Assembly: GCA_002011125.2 (NCBI GenBank)
Contig: MTMF02000009.1
Coordinates: forward strand, 1,064,989-1,128,988
Length of the DNA stretch: 64,000 nucleotides
Origin: Candidatus Hydrothermarchaeum profundi
GTDB lineage: Archaea > Hydrothermarchaeota > Hydrothermarchaeia > Hydrothermarchaeales > Hydrothermarchaeaceae
Direction of reading: 5' to 3'
In this document: one piece after another, positions 20,299 through 29,356 of the stretch
Layout: each line of letters opens with the position of its first letter
How positions within the stretch are numbered: the stretch's first letter is position 1
Notes under the pieces: model-generated
Told to the model about the DNA's origin: nothing
Database searches by the model: none
Seen by the model: only the letters and a program-made list of their open reading frames with translations
Program-made: the position numbers and the translations under genes

Positions 20299-23200
20299 TT
20301 ATGAGAGTTCCTTTATCTTTTCCTCGATTTTTCGTAGCTTTTCCTGGTTTTTCTTTCTTAATTCAGTATAGGTCTTTCTTGATATCATGCCACTGCTATG
20401 TTGCTTCTTTAGGGTTTCTAACAGCTTCTTTATTCTCTCCTTTTCCCTTCTAAGTTCTATAAGCTCATCAGACATTTTTGGCGGGACATTCTGTGGTATA
20501 GTTGTAGAGGGCTTAGATTTTTTAGCAGGCTTCTGTTCAACTTTTCTAGGAGGACCTATCCGCATAGCAGTTTTCTCCGCAAAACTTTCAAATTTCTTGT
20601 ACCACTTCATGCCGAAGTATACAACGAGACCTATTGTGAGGATAAAGAAAAACGCAGTAATGCCAATCCACATGTATGGAGTCTCGGGAGTAGGAGTAGG
20701 CGTCTCTGTAGGAACAACTTTGACTACTTCTACAGGAGTAGCTTTATCGAGAATACTGTTAACCTGATCTATATATTTTAAGCATCTCTCTATAGATTCT
20801 AGTACTTTGGGATACTCGCCATTTTTCAGATACTCCTCCGCATTGAAAATTTCATTCGCAGCTTTATCTAGTAAATCTAAGGAGTTAGAAACATTTTTTC
20901 CCTCGCTTATTGCTTTGAATACTCTCCTCTCAACTGTTCTTAATCTTTCATTGGCAGCATCTATTTCAAATTCAAAAAGTTCCTGCTTTGAGTCAAAAAT
21001 ACGCAGAATAATATCCTTTTCATCTGTTGCTTCAGTTGAAACAACTTTAACGGTTAAAATTCTAGGACCTGGAGAAGCGTTTTGGGGAACCTTAATCTCT
21101 ATAAGGACATCAAATATATCTGCAGGAAGAAGTTCCGATGTTTGGTATTTTATCATCTCATACCAATCTTCAGGGATTCCGGTAAGACTAGCCTCAACCG
21201 AATGTAGGGTTTCAGTTCCAGAATTATTCACAGTGGCAACAAGATATACCCAGCCCCCTCTCTCTAATAAGATCTCTTCAGGATGAATATCTTCAATCTT
21301 GATTTCTGTTTTTTTGAGTATCTCCTCCTCTTCAGTAACTCCTCCACCACCGCCACCACCTATTATGGGTGGAGGCAATACTTCAGCAGCGCCTCCACTA
21401 ACAATCAAAGGGATCTCGGCAACGGCAGGTGGCTTCTCAGGGTCGTATATTACTGTTCCCCGTAGCGTATATTCCCCGGGATCTAACTCTACATTGGTGA
21501 AATTCCTCTCGAATCTAAGCTCTACTCCGGGTGGAGGATTTTTAACCGTCTCCGTATAACTATAAGACGTGCCTACGATTGTATAAGTAAGAGGCAGATC
21601 CTGGATATTCGGGTCTCCAAAATAAGTAAGCAAAATAGTGAAATCTGCATTATCTCCTTTATTTATTTCTATTTTACTCTCAGCAAACCTAATATCCGTT
21701 ACACCATATTTTATTCTGAATACTTCGATATCCCACGCCCTCATAGTACCTACCTTAACCTCAAGAAAAGCCAAATAAGAGTCGACTGCAGTATTACTCG
21801 GATTAAGGTCCTCGGTATACCTATATAAGCCGTCACTAACTTTTGTCATATTTCCGATCTCAAGCCTCCTCCACACATCATAGGTAGAATTCCTGATAAC
21901 TAAGGTTAAAGAATCAGGCTCAACTCCTAGACCCGTACCCGCGTCTAGTACTTGAACAGTTATTTCCATGGTTACATTTTCGGTTGTGCTTAGATAATAG
22001 GTAGGTTGTACTCCTATCTTCACAAACAAGCTTTGATATACATCGAAGAGCACTATCTCCTCAGCTTGGGACGCTCCATACCTTGCGGTACCTTCCAGTC
22101 TATATGTTCCCGGAGTCGCGTTAATATCTAATGGGATATCTGCTATCTTAGAGGGGCTAACTACATCTGTGAAGGTTGCATTATAGATTATGTTTCCATC
22201 AGGGTCTTTTAGGAGTAAAGAAACGTTAGCTCCATCTAGATATTGTCCATCAGCATTTTTTATCTCTCCCTTTACCGATACTGTATCGCCCGCCCTATAC
22301 GGTCCCCCAGGATATAAATCGAATTGCAATGCTCCGCCTTCTAATACTGTAAATGTATCTATCACAGTACTTGAAATCGGTCCATAATATGCGGTCGCTG
22401 TAACAATATATGTACCCGAAGTTGCATTATTAGGTAAGGTATACTCAGACTTATATGCTGGTCCAGGGATCAAAGTTGAATTTTCTTCGTATAAGATAGT
22501 GTTATCTAGTGATACTGTAACTGTGAGATAGTCAACCTGGAAGAGTTGATTGTCCTTAAGGACCGTGCTAAGTATCGTTACGTTTTCGCCTGGATAGTAT
22601 AAATCTCCTGCACTTGTATCAACCGATAAACTACCGACGAAAAATACCCCAGAATCATAAGCAAAGACATTCTGCCCAATATCTGTATAATTGACATCTA
22701 CACTCCAGTAATAGAATCCTTCTACGCCTGTAAACTTGAAGCTTGTTGAACTAATACCCTCTGAGGATGTAACTAAATATTTCGGCCAGCTTCCATCTAA
22801 CCCAAAGTGATTACCGCTTTCATTGTTTAGTAGAATATCAACGATTGCAGTCGCAGCCTCTATTGGTTCTCCTATAAGATCAGTTACATTGACTTGCATA
22901 CTGCCCGAGTCATCTGGTTCAAAAATAGTTGAGCTAGTGAGTACAGTGAGTCTGAGTTTTGCGAACACACTAAAGTTTTTTGCATCGGATTCTCCCCATC
23001 CTCCAGCAGAGTCTTGTGAGTATACTACTATAGTATAATTTCCTCTGAGTAGAGTATCCTGATAATTCGCAGTCCAATTTGAAGAGTTTTCAGGATCATT
23101 ATAAAGATCTATTTGGTGAATATTACCGAAAGAGTCTGTTATATTAGCTTTAACCCATTCGATTCCTTTGCCAATCCTATCCGTCAAGTTTGCTTTTATA

Positions 23201-26190
23201 GTAACTGAGCCATTTTGCTCTATAAGCTGTGGTGAGACTTCAAAATCAATTAAAGGTCCTAGTTCTACTCGTAGATATACCGAAATATTTTGTGAAGTAG
23301 GGATAGATCCTGCGTCAATAGCGTCTACAGTAAACACAGCTACATAAGTGTTCCCAGCGTTAGCGTCCTGGGTGTCAAATTGGATATTGAAAAGATGTGT
23401 TGAGCTGTTTTCGACTATAAAAGTTGTTTCATTAGGAAAGAGATATGCGCTTCCATTTCCAGATGAAGTAATGCTGAAGTTTATAGGTACATTTCCCGTG
23501 TTATTTATTTCCACTTCGCAGTTAAATATCTCTCCAGTTTTATTTGGCGGCGCGGCGTCTTCGCATATTTCGCGACTCAGCGTCCATGTTCTCGATTCAG
23601 GTACTTCCACACTAAGAATTATTGTATCTCTGCCATCTTCACTTGTATCGCTCGAATTGACTTCTACAATACCACTATAGTTTCCAGGAGGATATCCTTC
23701 TGGGATTGTAACATTTATCTCTACAGACTCAGAGGCTGCTGGATTTATCGATGCGAAATAATCAGGGTAAAGGGTTACATTGAATTCACTGCATACTACT
23801 CCAGAGCCACAGGAGGCATATACCTCTTCTACCTTGTAGTTTCCAATAGATTCTACTGTAAATGTTCCTACAGAACCTGAAGTGCCTTCCTGAATACTCG
23901 AGTATAGAAGGTCCTGTACTATATTTATTACGGGATTTTGAAGTACTTCCACTGTTAATGTATCTTGAGAATAACTTTCATTTCCATCGAAATTCATCCA
24001 CTCAGCTGTAGCATTTATGGTATAATTGCCGGGTGAGGTAGCAGCAGGTGCGGTTACCCTAATATCCTTGATACAAGGACTACTGCCCGGAAAAAGATCA
24101 GGGCAGTTAATTTTATTATCACTATAATTAGTACTCCATCCAGCTGAGCTGAATGAGATAGTAATATTGACTGAGGTAGCTGAACCCAGACCAGTATTTG
24201 TTACATTTACTTGGATGTCGAAGCTTTGATTATCGTTCTGAGTTATCCCATCAATATATGTGGTATTTGTGACAATACTCGTTTCGAGAGTAGTATTCTC
24301 AGCTTGATAGGTAGTGAAATTAACGGTTGAAGTGCCCGTATTGTTGCTTTTAGTAAGATTACAAGTTAAGTTCCATACTCCAACTTCGCTAGGAGATGAA
24401 TAGTTTATATAATATACTCCATTGTCGCTGTCAAACGATATATTATCTACTTCTGTCACCTTCGTGTATTCGGATGAATTATAATACTCGCAATACAAAT
24501 TTCCAAAAATTTTTGTGTCATTTCTATAGTTTTGAACTGTTACATTAGCCCTGAAAGTTGTTTGATTAACTAGGCCCACGTTATACGTCGGAGGCCAAAA
24601 GATAATTTCAATATTAAAAGTCTTAGAAAGATAAAAAGTGGTAGTAGTAGTGTTTAGCACTTGCCCATTGCTATTATAGACATACGCGGTTATTGTCCAA
24701 TTTCCTTCTACACTATCGGCCTGAAATGTATAAGTGTTAGAATAAACATTATCATTTGGAAGTTGGTCTCCGTGGGTTCCATCGTCATATAAAACTAAGG
24801 TTATATCATCGTTTGGGTTAGTAGTTCCCATATCTAACGTGGCATTTACAGAAGAGGTCTGGTTAAAATTATCCTCTGTGATATTCACAGTGATCAACGC
24901 AGTCTCATTTCTATTATAATATGGATAATCGGTTTTTACTTCAACACTTGCAGACCAGCTCTCAAGATTTCCCTGAGTTATTATGATGTTGTTTATTAGT
25001 CTATTTCTAAGTTCTAAAATAGGTTCATGGGATTCGATATCGTTAAAGTATATTACCGCTGTATCAGATATAGTATCTCCTTTTGAAAGGCTTTTTGACG
25101 AGAGATATATTCCAATTCTCGTATTGGAATCTTTGTTAGCGTAGTAATCCCCTCCGCTTTTATTTAAATTAATAACACCTATCCCTAAACCATTATCGAA
25201 AATTGAATAATAAGAATAGGGTTCGGTAGTAGTTCCCTGGATTTTATCAGGAGTTGGCGTGCCTATAGTAGACCTCCCTGTATCTAGAGCAAGAGCTGTA
25301 GTGTATGATCCTGATCCTCGAGAAATAGAATCGTTAGCCGTGAATCGCTGTTCGATTTTTATCCATTGATTATCCTCATAAAACACATATCTTTTTGTCA
25401 TGTTTCCTTTATTCGTATATTGTGGAGTAGTTTCCCCACTTGACCCCCATAATATTTCATCTCCTTCTTGTTCGATTATTTTCCTAATAGGGCCATCAGA
25501 TATAACCCTGAAGTTTTTCCTGAAATCATACTCATAATACTCGCCTGAAACACTACTATAGTAACGTATGTATTCTATTGGTAATTGGCTAGTAGGAGCA
25601 TTGAAGATAATCTCTCCGGTATCTCTTAATTTTGCAAAATACATACCAGCGGTCCTATTGAGATGGTTATAGGTATCTACTTTTATCTCTAACTTTGAGG
25701 TATTAACCCAGAACTCTTCCCCACTCTTGTTCACAAACGATAGTTCAGTGGTGTAGTTAGGAGGAGACTTTCCGTTTTCTATTGTATCAAAATAAATATA
25801 ATAATAATAGAGGGTGTTCTCAGTTCTGTTCCCTGACAAGAGCCAAACTACTTCACCTATAGCGTTTCCATTTGCATCATAGTTGGAATACTCATCAAAT
25901 TGACTTAGTATCCCCTCATTTAAGGAACCGCTGTCTTTAATAGACCCATTATCGTAATATTCTATTACTCTAATGGAATTATTATCAAAGGTTCCATTTA
26001 TTCCAAGAGATGAGAAATTTATAGGGTACTCTACAGGCCAATTAGTTCGGTTGTATGTTGATGTATTTACGATTATTCCAACCCGATAATGCCAACTCGA
26101 GTTCCACCATTCAAAGTTAGTGGCAGAGACATTTTCTAGGTTTAAAAATAAAATTACAGCAACAACTAATAATAGAGCTTTTTTGCTCAT
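20299..26190 (-). CDS. Large membrane-anchored surface glycoprotein (1,963 aa) with cytoplasmic coiled-coil tail
   Basis: Signal peptide; WWNSSWHYR (DUF2341-like); LYDDGTHGDQLPNDNVYS (choice-of-anchor X-like); many Ig-like domains and N-x-S/T sequons; PPP-G7 linker; TM YMWIGITAFFFILTIGLVVYFGM; Lys-rich tail. Confidence 0.85.
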   Translation of the reverse strand: MSKKALLLVVAVILFLNLENVSATNFEWWNSSWHYRVGIIVNTSTYNRTNWPVEYPINFSSLGINGTFDNNSIRVIEYYDNGSIKDSGSLNEGILSQFDEYSNYDANGNAIGEVVWLLSGNRTENTLYYYYIYFDTIENGKSPPNYTTELSFVNKSGEEFWVNTSKLEIKVDTYNHLNRTAGMYFAKLRDTGEIIFNAPTSQLPIEYIRYYSSVSGEYYEYDFRKNFRVISDGPIRKIIEQEGDEILWGSSGETTPQYTNKGNMTKRYVFYEDNQWIKIEQRFTANDSISRGSGSYTTALALDTGRSTIGTPTPDKIQGTTTEPYSYYSIFDNGLGIGVINLNKSGGDYYANKDSNTRIGIYLSSKSLSKGDTISDTAVIYFNDIESHEPILELRNRLINNIIITQGNLESWSASVEVKTDYPYYNRNETALITVNITEDNFNQTSSVNATLDMGTTNPNDDITLVLYDDGTHGDQLPNDNVYSNTYTFQADSVEGNWTITAYVYNSNGQVLNTTTTTFYLSKTFNIEIIFWPPTYNVGLVNQTTFRANVTVQNYRNDTKIFGNLYCEYYNSSEYTKVTEVDNISFDSDNGVYYINYSSPSEVGVWNLTCNLTKSNNTGTSTVNFTTYQAENTTLETSIVTNTTYIDGITQNDNQSFDIQVNVTNTGLGSATSVNITISFSSAGWSTNYSDNKINCPDLFPGSSPCIKDIRVTAPAATSPGNYTINATAEWMNFDGNESYSQDTLTVEVLQNPVINIVQDLLYSSIQEGTSGSVGTFTVESIGNYKVEEVYASCGSGVVCSEFNVTLYPDYFASINPAASESVEINVTIPEGYPPGNYSGIVEVNSSDTSEDGRDTIILSVEVPESRTWTLSREICEDAAPPNKTGEIFNCEVEINNTGNVPINFSITSSGNGSAYLFPNETTFIVENSSTHLFNIQFDTQDANAGNTYVAVFTVDAIDAGSIPTSQNISVYLRVELGPLIDFEVSPQLIEQNGSVTIKANLTDRIGKGIEWVKANITDSFGNIHQIDLYNDPENSSNWTANYQDTLLRGNYTIVVYSQDSAGGWGESDAKNFSVFAKLRLTVLTSSTIFEPDDSGSMQVNVTDLIGEPIEAATAIVDILLNNESGNHFGLDGSWPKYLVTSSEGISSTSFKFTGVEGFYYWSVDVNYTDIGQNVFAYDSGVFFVGSLSVDTSAGDLYYPGENVTILSTVLKDNQLFQVDYLTVTVSLDNTILYEENSTLIPGPAYKSEYTLPNNATSGTYIVTATAYYGPISSTVIDTFTVLEGGALQFDLYPGGPYRAGDTVSVKGEIKNADGQYLDGANVSLLLKDPDGNIIYNATFTDVVSPSKIADIPLDINATPGTYRLEGTARYGASQAEEIVLFDVYQSLFVKIGVQPTYYLSTTENVTMEITVQVLDAGTGLGVEPDSLTLVIRNSTYDVWRRLEIGNMTKVSDGLYRYTEDLNPSNTAVDSYLAFLEVKVGTMRAWDIEVFRIKYGVTDIRFAESKIEINKGDNADFTILLTYFGDPNIQDLPLTYTIVGTSYSYTETVKNPPPGVELRFERNFTNVELDPGEYTLRGTVIYDPEKPPAVAEIPLIVSGGAAEVLPPPIIGGGGGGGVTEEEEILKKTEIKIEDIHPEEILLERGGWVYLVATVNNSGTETLHSVEASLTGIPEDWYEMIKYQTSELLPADIFDVLIEIKVPQNASPGPRILTVKVVSTEATDEKDIILRIFDSKQELFEFEIDAANERLRTVERRVFKAISEGKNVSNSLDLLDKAANEIFNAEEYLKNGEYPKVLESIERCLKYIDQVNSILDKATPVEVVKVVPTETPTPTPETPYMWIGITAFFFILTIGLVVYFGMKWYKKFESFAEKTAMRIGPPRKVEQKPAKKSKPSTTIPQNVPPKMSDELIELRREKERIKKLLETLKKQHSSGMISRKTYTELRKKNQEKLRKIEEKIKELS

Positions 26191-26208
26191 TTCTTTTCTC
26201 CTGAATTA

Positions 26209-26266
26209 ATATATGTTGAGATATTATTATATGTTGAGCATATAAAGTAAATACACGTATATACTT
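26209..26266 (-). promoter_or_regulatory. Upstream region of the 1,963-aa gene sharing motifs with the wHTH promoter
   Basis: On the - strand, AAGTATATACGTGTATTTA matches 27305-27323 at 17/19 and AATATCTCAACATAT matches 27353-27367 at 14/15. TATATGTTGAG occurs twice with an 18-bp period. Confidence 0.55.
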
Positions 26267-26283
26267 AGAATTTCTACAACCTT

Positions 26284-27294
26284 TTATTCTAAAATAATAA
26301 GAGTCACAATGCTTATGTTACGTTTAATATATTCAAATATCTCTCTTACATCGCTTATCAATTCTTTGATCGTGTGTTCTTCTGGTTTAACGACAATTTC
26401 TTTAACCTTTGCTACCCTTGTGAGAGCCTGTCTTTCTATTGGGGGGTTCTCCCCATAATTGGTAATTTCTCTTTCAGTTACATATAACTCCTTCATGGCA
26501 TCTTCTATTTCATCTAGAGTTTCTAGGGCTTTTTCTCTATTCTTAGTCCGCCATGCTTCAATTGATGCTCTGTGACACTCTAGTGCCTTTTCAAAGAAAT
26601 AAGCTATTTTTTCGTTATTTTTAGTATAATGAAAATCAATATTCGAGGAGAGTTTAGCCATATCCCTGAGATTCTCTACAAATAGAGTATAATATACAGG
26701 GTCTTTAGATTTAAGTTGCATGTCAGAAGACGCCTTTACGCTACTAGACGCTGCAATTAAATTTCTAACAAGAGTATAATACAGCTTATCGGTTTCTTGT
26801 ATTCTTTTTATAGTTTCCAGTTCAGAAGCATTATTCTCTTTATAGGCCGTTTTTAAGGATTTCAAATGGTTAGTAACTATTAACGAAAATCTACCTAATA
26901 TTTTCTTCAAAGGCATCGCTGTTCCGCCAAAATATTCTATAACAACTTTTTTTCCACTTGCTTCTGTGATCTCAAGTCCAGAGAGATTGCGTATTGTGTT
27001 ATATATCGTATCCATAATTTCTGGATCTATATTCCTATCCGAAGGTACTATTCTAATTATCTCGGCTCCATTTATATAGTGGTCAATAATACTCTTATCT
27101 AGGTGTCTACACCGGGTAATATCTACCTGAAGTCTCTTCGTCTTGGTAATTTTAGGCCTTAAAATCAGTTCTCCCGTCTGGAGTTCCTCTACTTCCACGA
27201 CCTTTCCTTTAGAAAGTTGGGCTTTCTCTACCCAAGGTTTAGGTAAGGATACTACCAGACTGGAATCCCCCATTTTTATGATCTTGCGTTCCAC
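26284..27294 (-). CDS. AbrB/MazE-domain plus PhoU-like transcriptional regulator
   Basis: RKIIKMGDSSLVVSLPKPWV (archaeal AbrB-PhoU N-terminus), YINGAEIIRI and LSGLEITE, then PhoU-like helices. Confidence 0.82.
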   Translation of the reverse strand: MERKIIKMGDSSLVVSLPKPWVEKAQLSKGKVVEVEELQTGELILRPKITKTKRLQVDITRCRHLDKSIIDHYINGAEIIRIVPSDRNIDPEIMDTIYNTIRNLSGLEITEASGKKVVIEYFGGTAMPLKKILGRFSLIVTNHLKSLKTAYKENNASELETIKRIQETDKLYYTLVRNLIAASSSVKASSDMQLKSKDPVYYTLFVENLRDMAKLSSNIDFHYTKNNEKIAYFFEKALECHRASIEAWRTKNREKALETLDEIEDAMKELYVTEREITNYGENPPIERQALTRVAKVKEIVVKPEEHTIKELISDVREIFEYIKRNISIVTLIILE

Positions 27295-27304
27295 AAAAAA
27301 TTAA

Positions 27305-27367
27305 AAGTATATACGTATATATAAAGTATTTCCAATATACATATAAAAATAGAATATCTCAATATAT
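27305..27367. promoter_or_regulatory. Divergent promoter region with a perfect palindrome and a shared 29-bp motif
   Basis: TATATACGTATATA palindrome at 27308-27321; ATATATAAAGTATTTCCAATATACATATA (27317-27345) matches 29102-29130 at 27/29. Confidence 0.65.
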
Positions 27368-27371
27368 TCAC

Positions 27372-27593
27372 ATGAAACTTTCCGAGGTAGATAAGAAAAT
27401 TTTAGATTTTTTAACGAGACATAATAACCATGGACTAGTTTCTACATATAAACTTGCAAAAGAAACAGGGATTTCATGGGCAACAGCGATTACACATTGT
27501 TACAAACTGAAGTCTTATGGATATATAGAGGGGAGGGCTGAAAAGCCTAAATATGGGGATAAGGATACAATGGTTTGGTGGATCCCTAAATAG
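27372..27593 (+). CDS. Small winged-helix DNA-binding protein
   Basis: LSEVDKKILDFL...STYKLAKETGISWATAITHCYKLKSYGYIE is a wHTH pattern. Confidence 0.82.
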   Translation: MKLSEVDKKILDFLTRHNNHGLVSTYKLAKETGISWATAITHCYKLKSYGYIEGRAEKPKYGDKDTMVWWIPK

Positions 27594-27597
27594 TTTT

Positions 27598-28353
27598 TTA
27601 TCTCAGTTTTCCCCCAGAGGCTAATGTAGTGTATAGTGGGGACCTGATCGAGAGCCCCTTGTCAGTTATATCATAAACTCTAATTTCTCTTGAATGAGGT
27701 ATCCATCTCATTTTGATAATCTGGATAGTATGAAGGTAATGGCTTAATTCTTCCGTATGATAACGGCTTAATAAAATTAGACCATCAGCTACGTATTCTG
27801 CGATACCATATTTTGTAGTTATACCATCTGGGGAAACTTCTGCAACTAATAGTGCGGTAGCACCTATCTCACTTATTATCCTCCGTAAGTTTAAAATTCG
27901 TGTCCGCCTTTCAAGCTCGCTCGTACAGACATCATTAAACTCGGTGATTGAATCAATTGCTATAATTTCTGCTTTGGAATTTTTGATAACTTTTGGCAAT
28001 TCTTCTAATGAACTCGAGTATAATCCTCCCGCACTTAAAATATCTGGGGAGAGGGTAGGTAAAGCGTCAGCAAGCTTAATGCTCGCAATTGTTAGGAGAT
28101 TTTTATCTATAAATTGTTTAAGATCCCATCCGAATCTAAAAGAATTGGTTATTATTGATTCCTCACTATCACTTGCACTTATGAATAAGCAGCGTCTACC
28201 CTCCGTTAGGTTAGCATGGATGAATTGTAGGGCACTTATCGTTTTTCCAGATCCTGCAGGCCCGGCTATCACTACCATTTGGCCAGGTAGAAAACCCCCC
28301 CCTAGCATGCTGTCTAAAACTTCATTACCCGTTGTTATCCTCTTCTCCCTCAT
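27598..28353 (-). CDS. Single-domain KaiC/RAD55 (RecA-superfamily) ATPase
   Basis: RITTGNEVLDSMLGGG, Walker A GPAGSGKT, Walker B IAIDSIT, EYVADGLILL and IIKMRW.PH. Confidence 0.9.
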   Translation of the reverse strand: MREKRITTGNEVLDSMLGGGFLPGQMVVIAGPAGSGKTISALQFIHANLTEGRRCLFISASDSEESIITNSFRFGWDLKQFIDKNLLTIASIKLADALPTLSPDILSAGGLYSSSLEELPKVIKNSKAEIIAIDSITEFNDVCTSELERRTRILNLRRIISEIGATALLVAEVSPDGITTKYGIAEYVADGLILLSRYHTEELSHYLHTIQIIKMRWIPHSREIRVYDITDKGLSIRSPLYTTLASGGKLR

Positions 28354-28889
28354 ATTGACCTCGCTATTAACGGTTCAATCTGTGTTCCCATTATCGCCTT
28401 TGGAGTAAAACCTACAAGCTTAACTGCTTTTTTTATTACCTCTTCTATCTGTTTATTTGTTTTCTTTTTTGATAACCTCGTGCTTAAGATATTTCCGTTA
28501 GAGTCATAAATAGTTAAAAGATGCTTTTTTTCTCCGTTTACAACAGTTATAGATTCATTAATATACCACGTATCTGAATGGGGCCTTAGTGTATAGGAGT
28601 TTATAAAATAAGAAAATTTCCTCGCCCAATTGTGAACTGTAACATGCGATACGTCTATTCCACAGCTTTTAAGATATTTTGAGACATCTCTGTAGGTTTT
28701 TTTATAACGGTAGTGGAGGATAAGTCCAAAAGTTATTATTGTGTTTGGAAATCTCATTTTGGAAAAGTAGGTATCAGTTTTTGAGGTAAATTGTTTGCCA
28801 CAAGAGGTGCACATATACCTTTGGTAACCTTTTCTATCTAACCCATTCCTTTTTACTAAATTAGAGTGACATCGTGGACAGAAAACCAT
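28350..28889 (-). CDS. Zn-ribbon plus IS6-family transposase-derived protein, probably catalytically dead
   Basis: CPRC...QRYMCTSCGKQF; YRDVSKYL...GIDVSHVTVHNWARKF (IS6 HTH). The catalytic WxxDET reads WYINES and the protein ends before the rest of the DDE core. No terminal inverted repeats seen. Confidence 0.72.
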   Translation of the reverse strand: MVFCPRCHSNLVKRNGLDRKGYQRYMCTSCGKQFTSKTDTYFSKMRFPNTIITFGLILHYRYKKTYRDVSKYLKSCGIDVSHVTVHNWARKFSYFINSYTLRPHSDTWYINESITVVNGEKKHLLTIYDSNGNILSTRLSKKKTNKQIEEVIKKAVKLVGFTPKAIMGTQIEPLIARSI

Positions 28890-29101
28890 TTACTCTCATT
28901 TTTAATTAAAGTTGAGCGTACTATTTAAGGCTTTTTGTTAAGTTGTAGCATGCTATATGATCGTGGATAGCAAGATTATTAGTAAAAATAACATTCTATA
29001 ATTTAACAAACTAATAAAAATTTCAATTGATAGTGGATTATTCAGTTCAGTTCCTTTAATTAATACTAAAAAACATATCATAACTTAACAAATATATATC
29101 C

Positions 29102-29130
29102 ATATATATAGTATTTCCCATATACATATA
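29102..29130 (+). promoter_or_regulatory. Second copy of the 29-bp promoter/operator motif, upstream of the giant gene
   Basis: ATATATATAGTATTTCCCATATACATATA; 27/29 identical to 27317-27345, same orientation. Confidence 0.65.
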
Positions 29131-29356
29131 GATTTTCATAAGGAAAAAAATTACATGCACCCGGTAATAGACGAGGAGTTGAAAAAGGCCTTTAGAGGAG
29201 AGAAAAATATTGGCCCCAACTCGCTAATTAGGAACATCCTAAGCATTGTAATATTCTGTTGCAAACCAATTCAACAACTTTACTCGCGGCTATGTAAAGA
29301 CAGCATTAGAGTACGAAAATTGATTATTAAAATTAATTAGGCGGATTGGGGGTTTC

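Noticed and set aside
28350-28889. Active IS6/IS1 insertion sequence
   Set aside because: The catalytic Asp is replaced, the DDE core is truncated, and no inverted repeats or target duplication were found.
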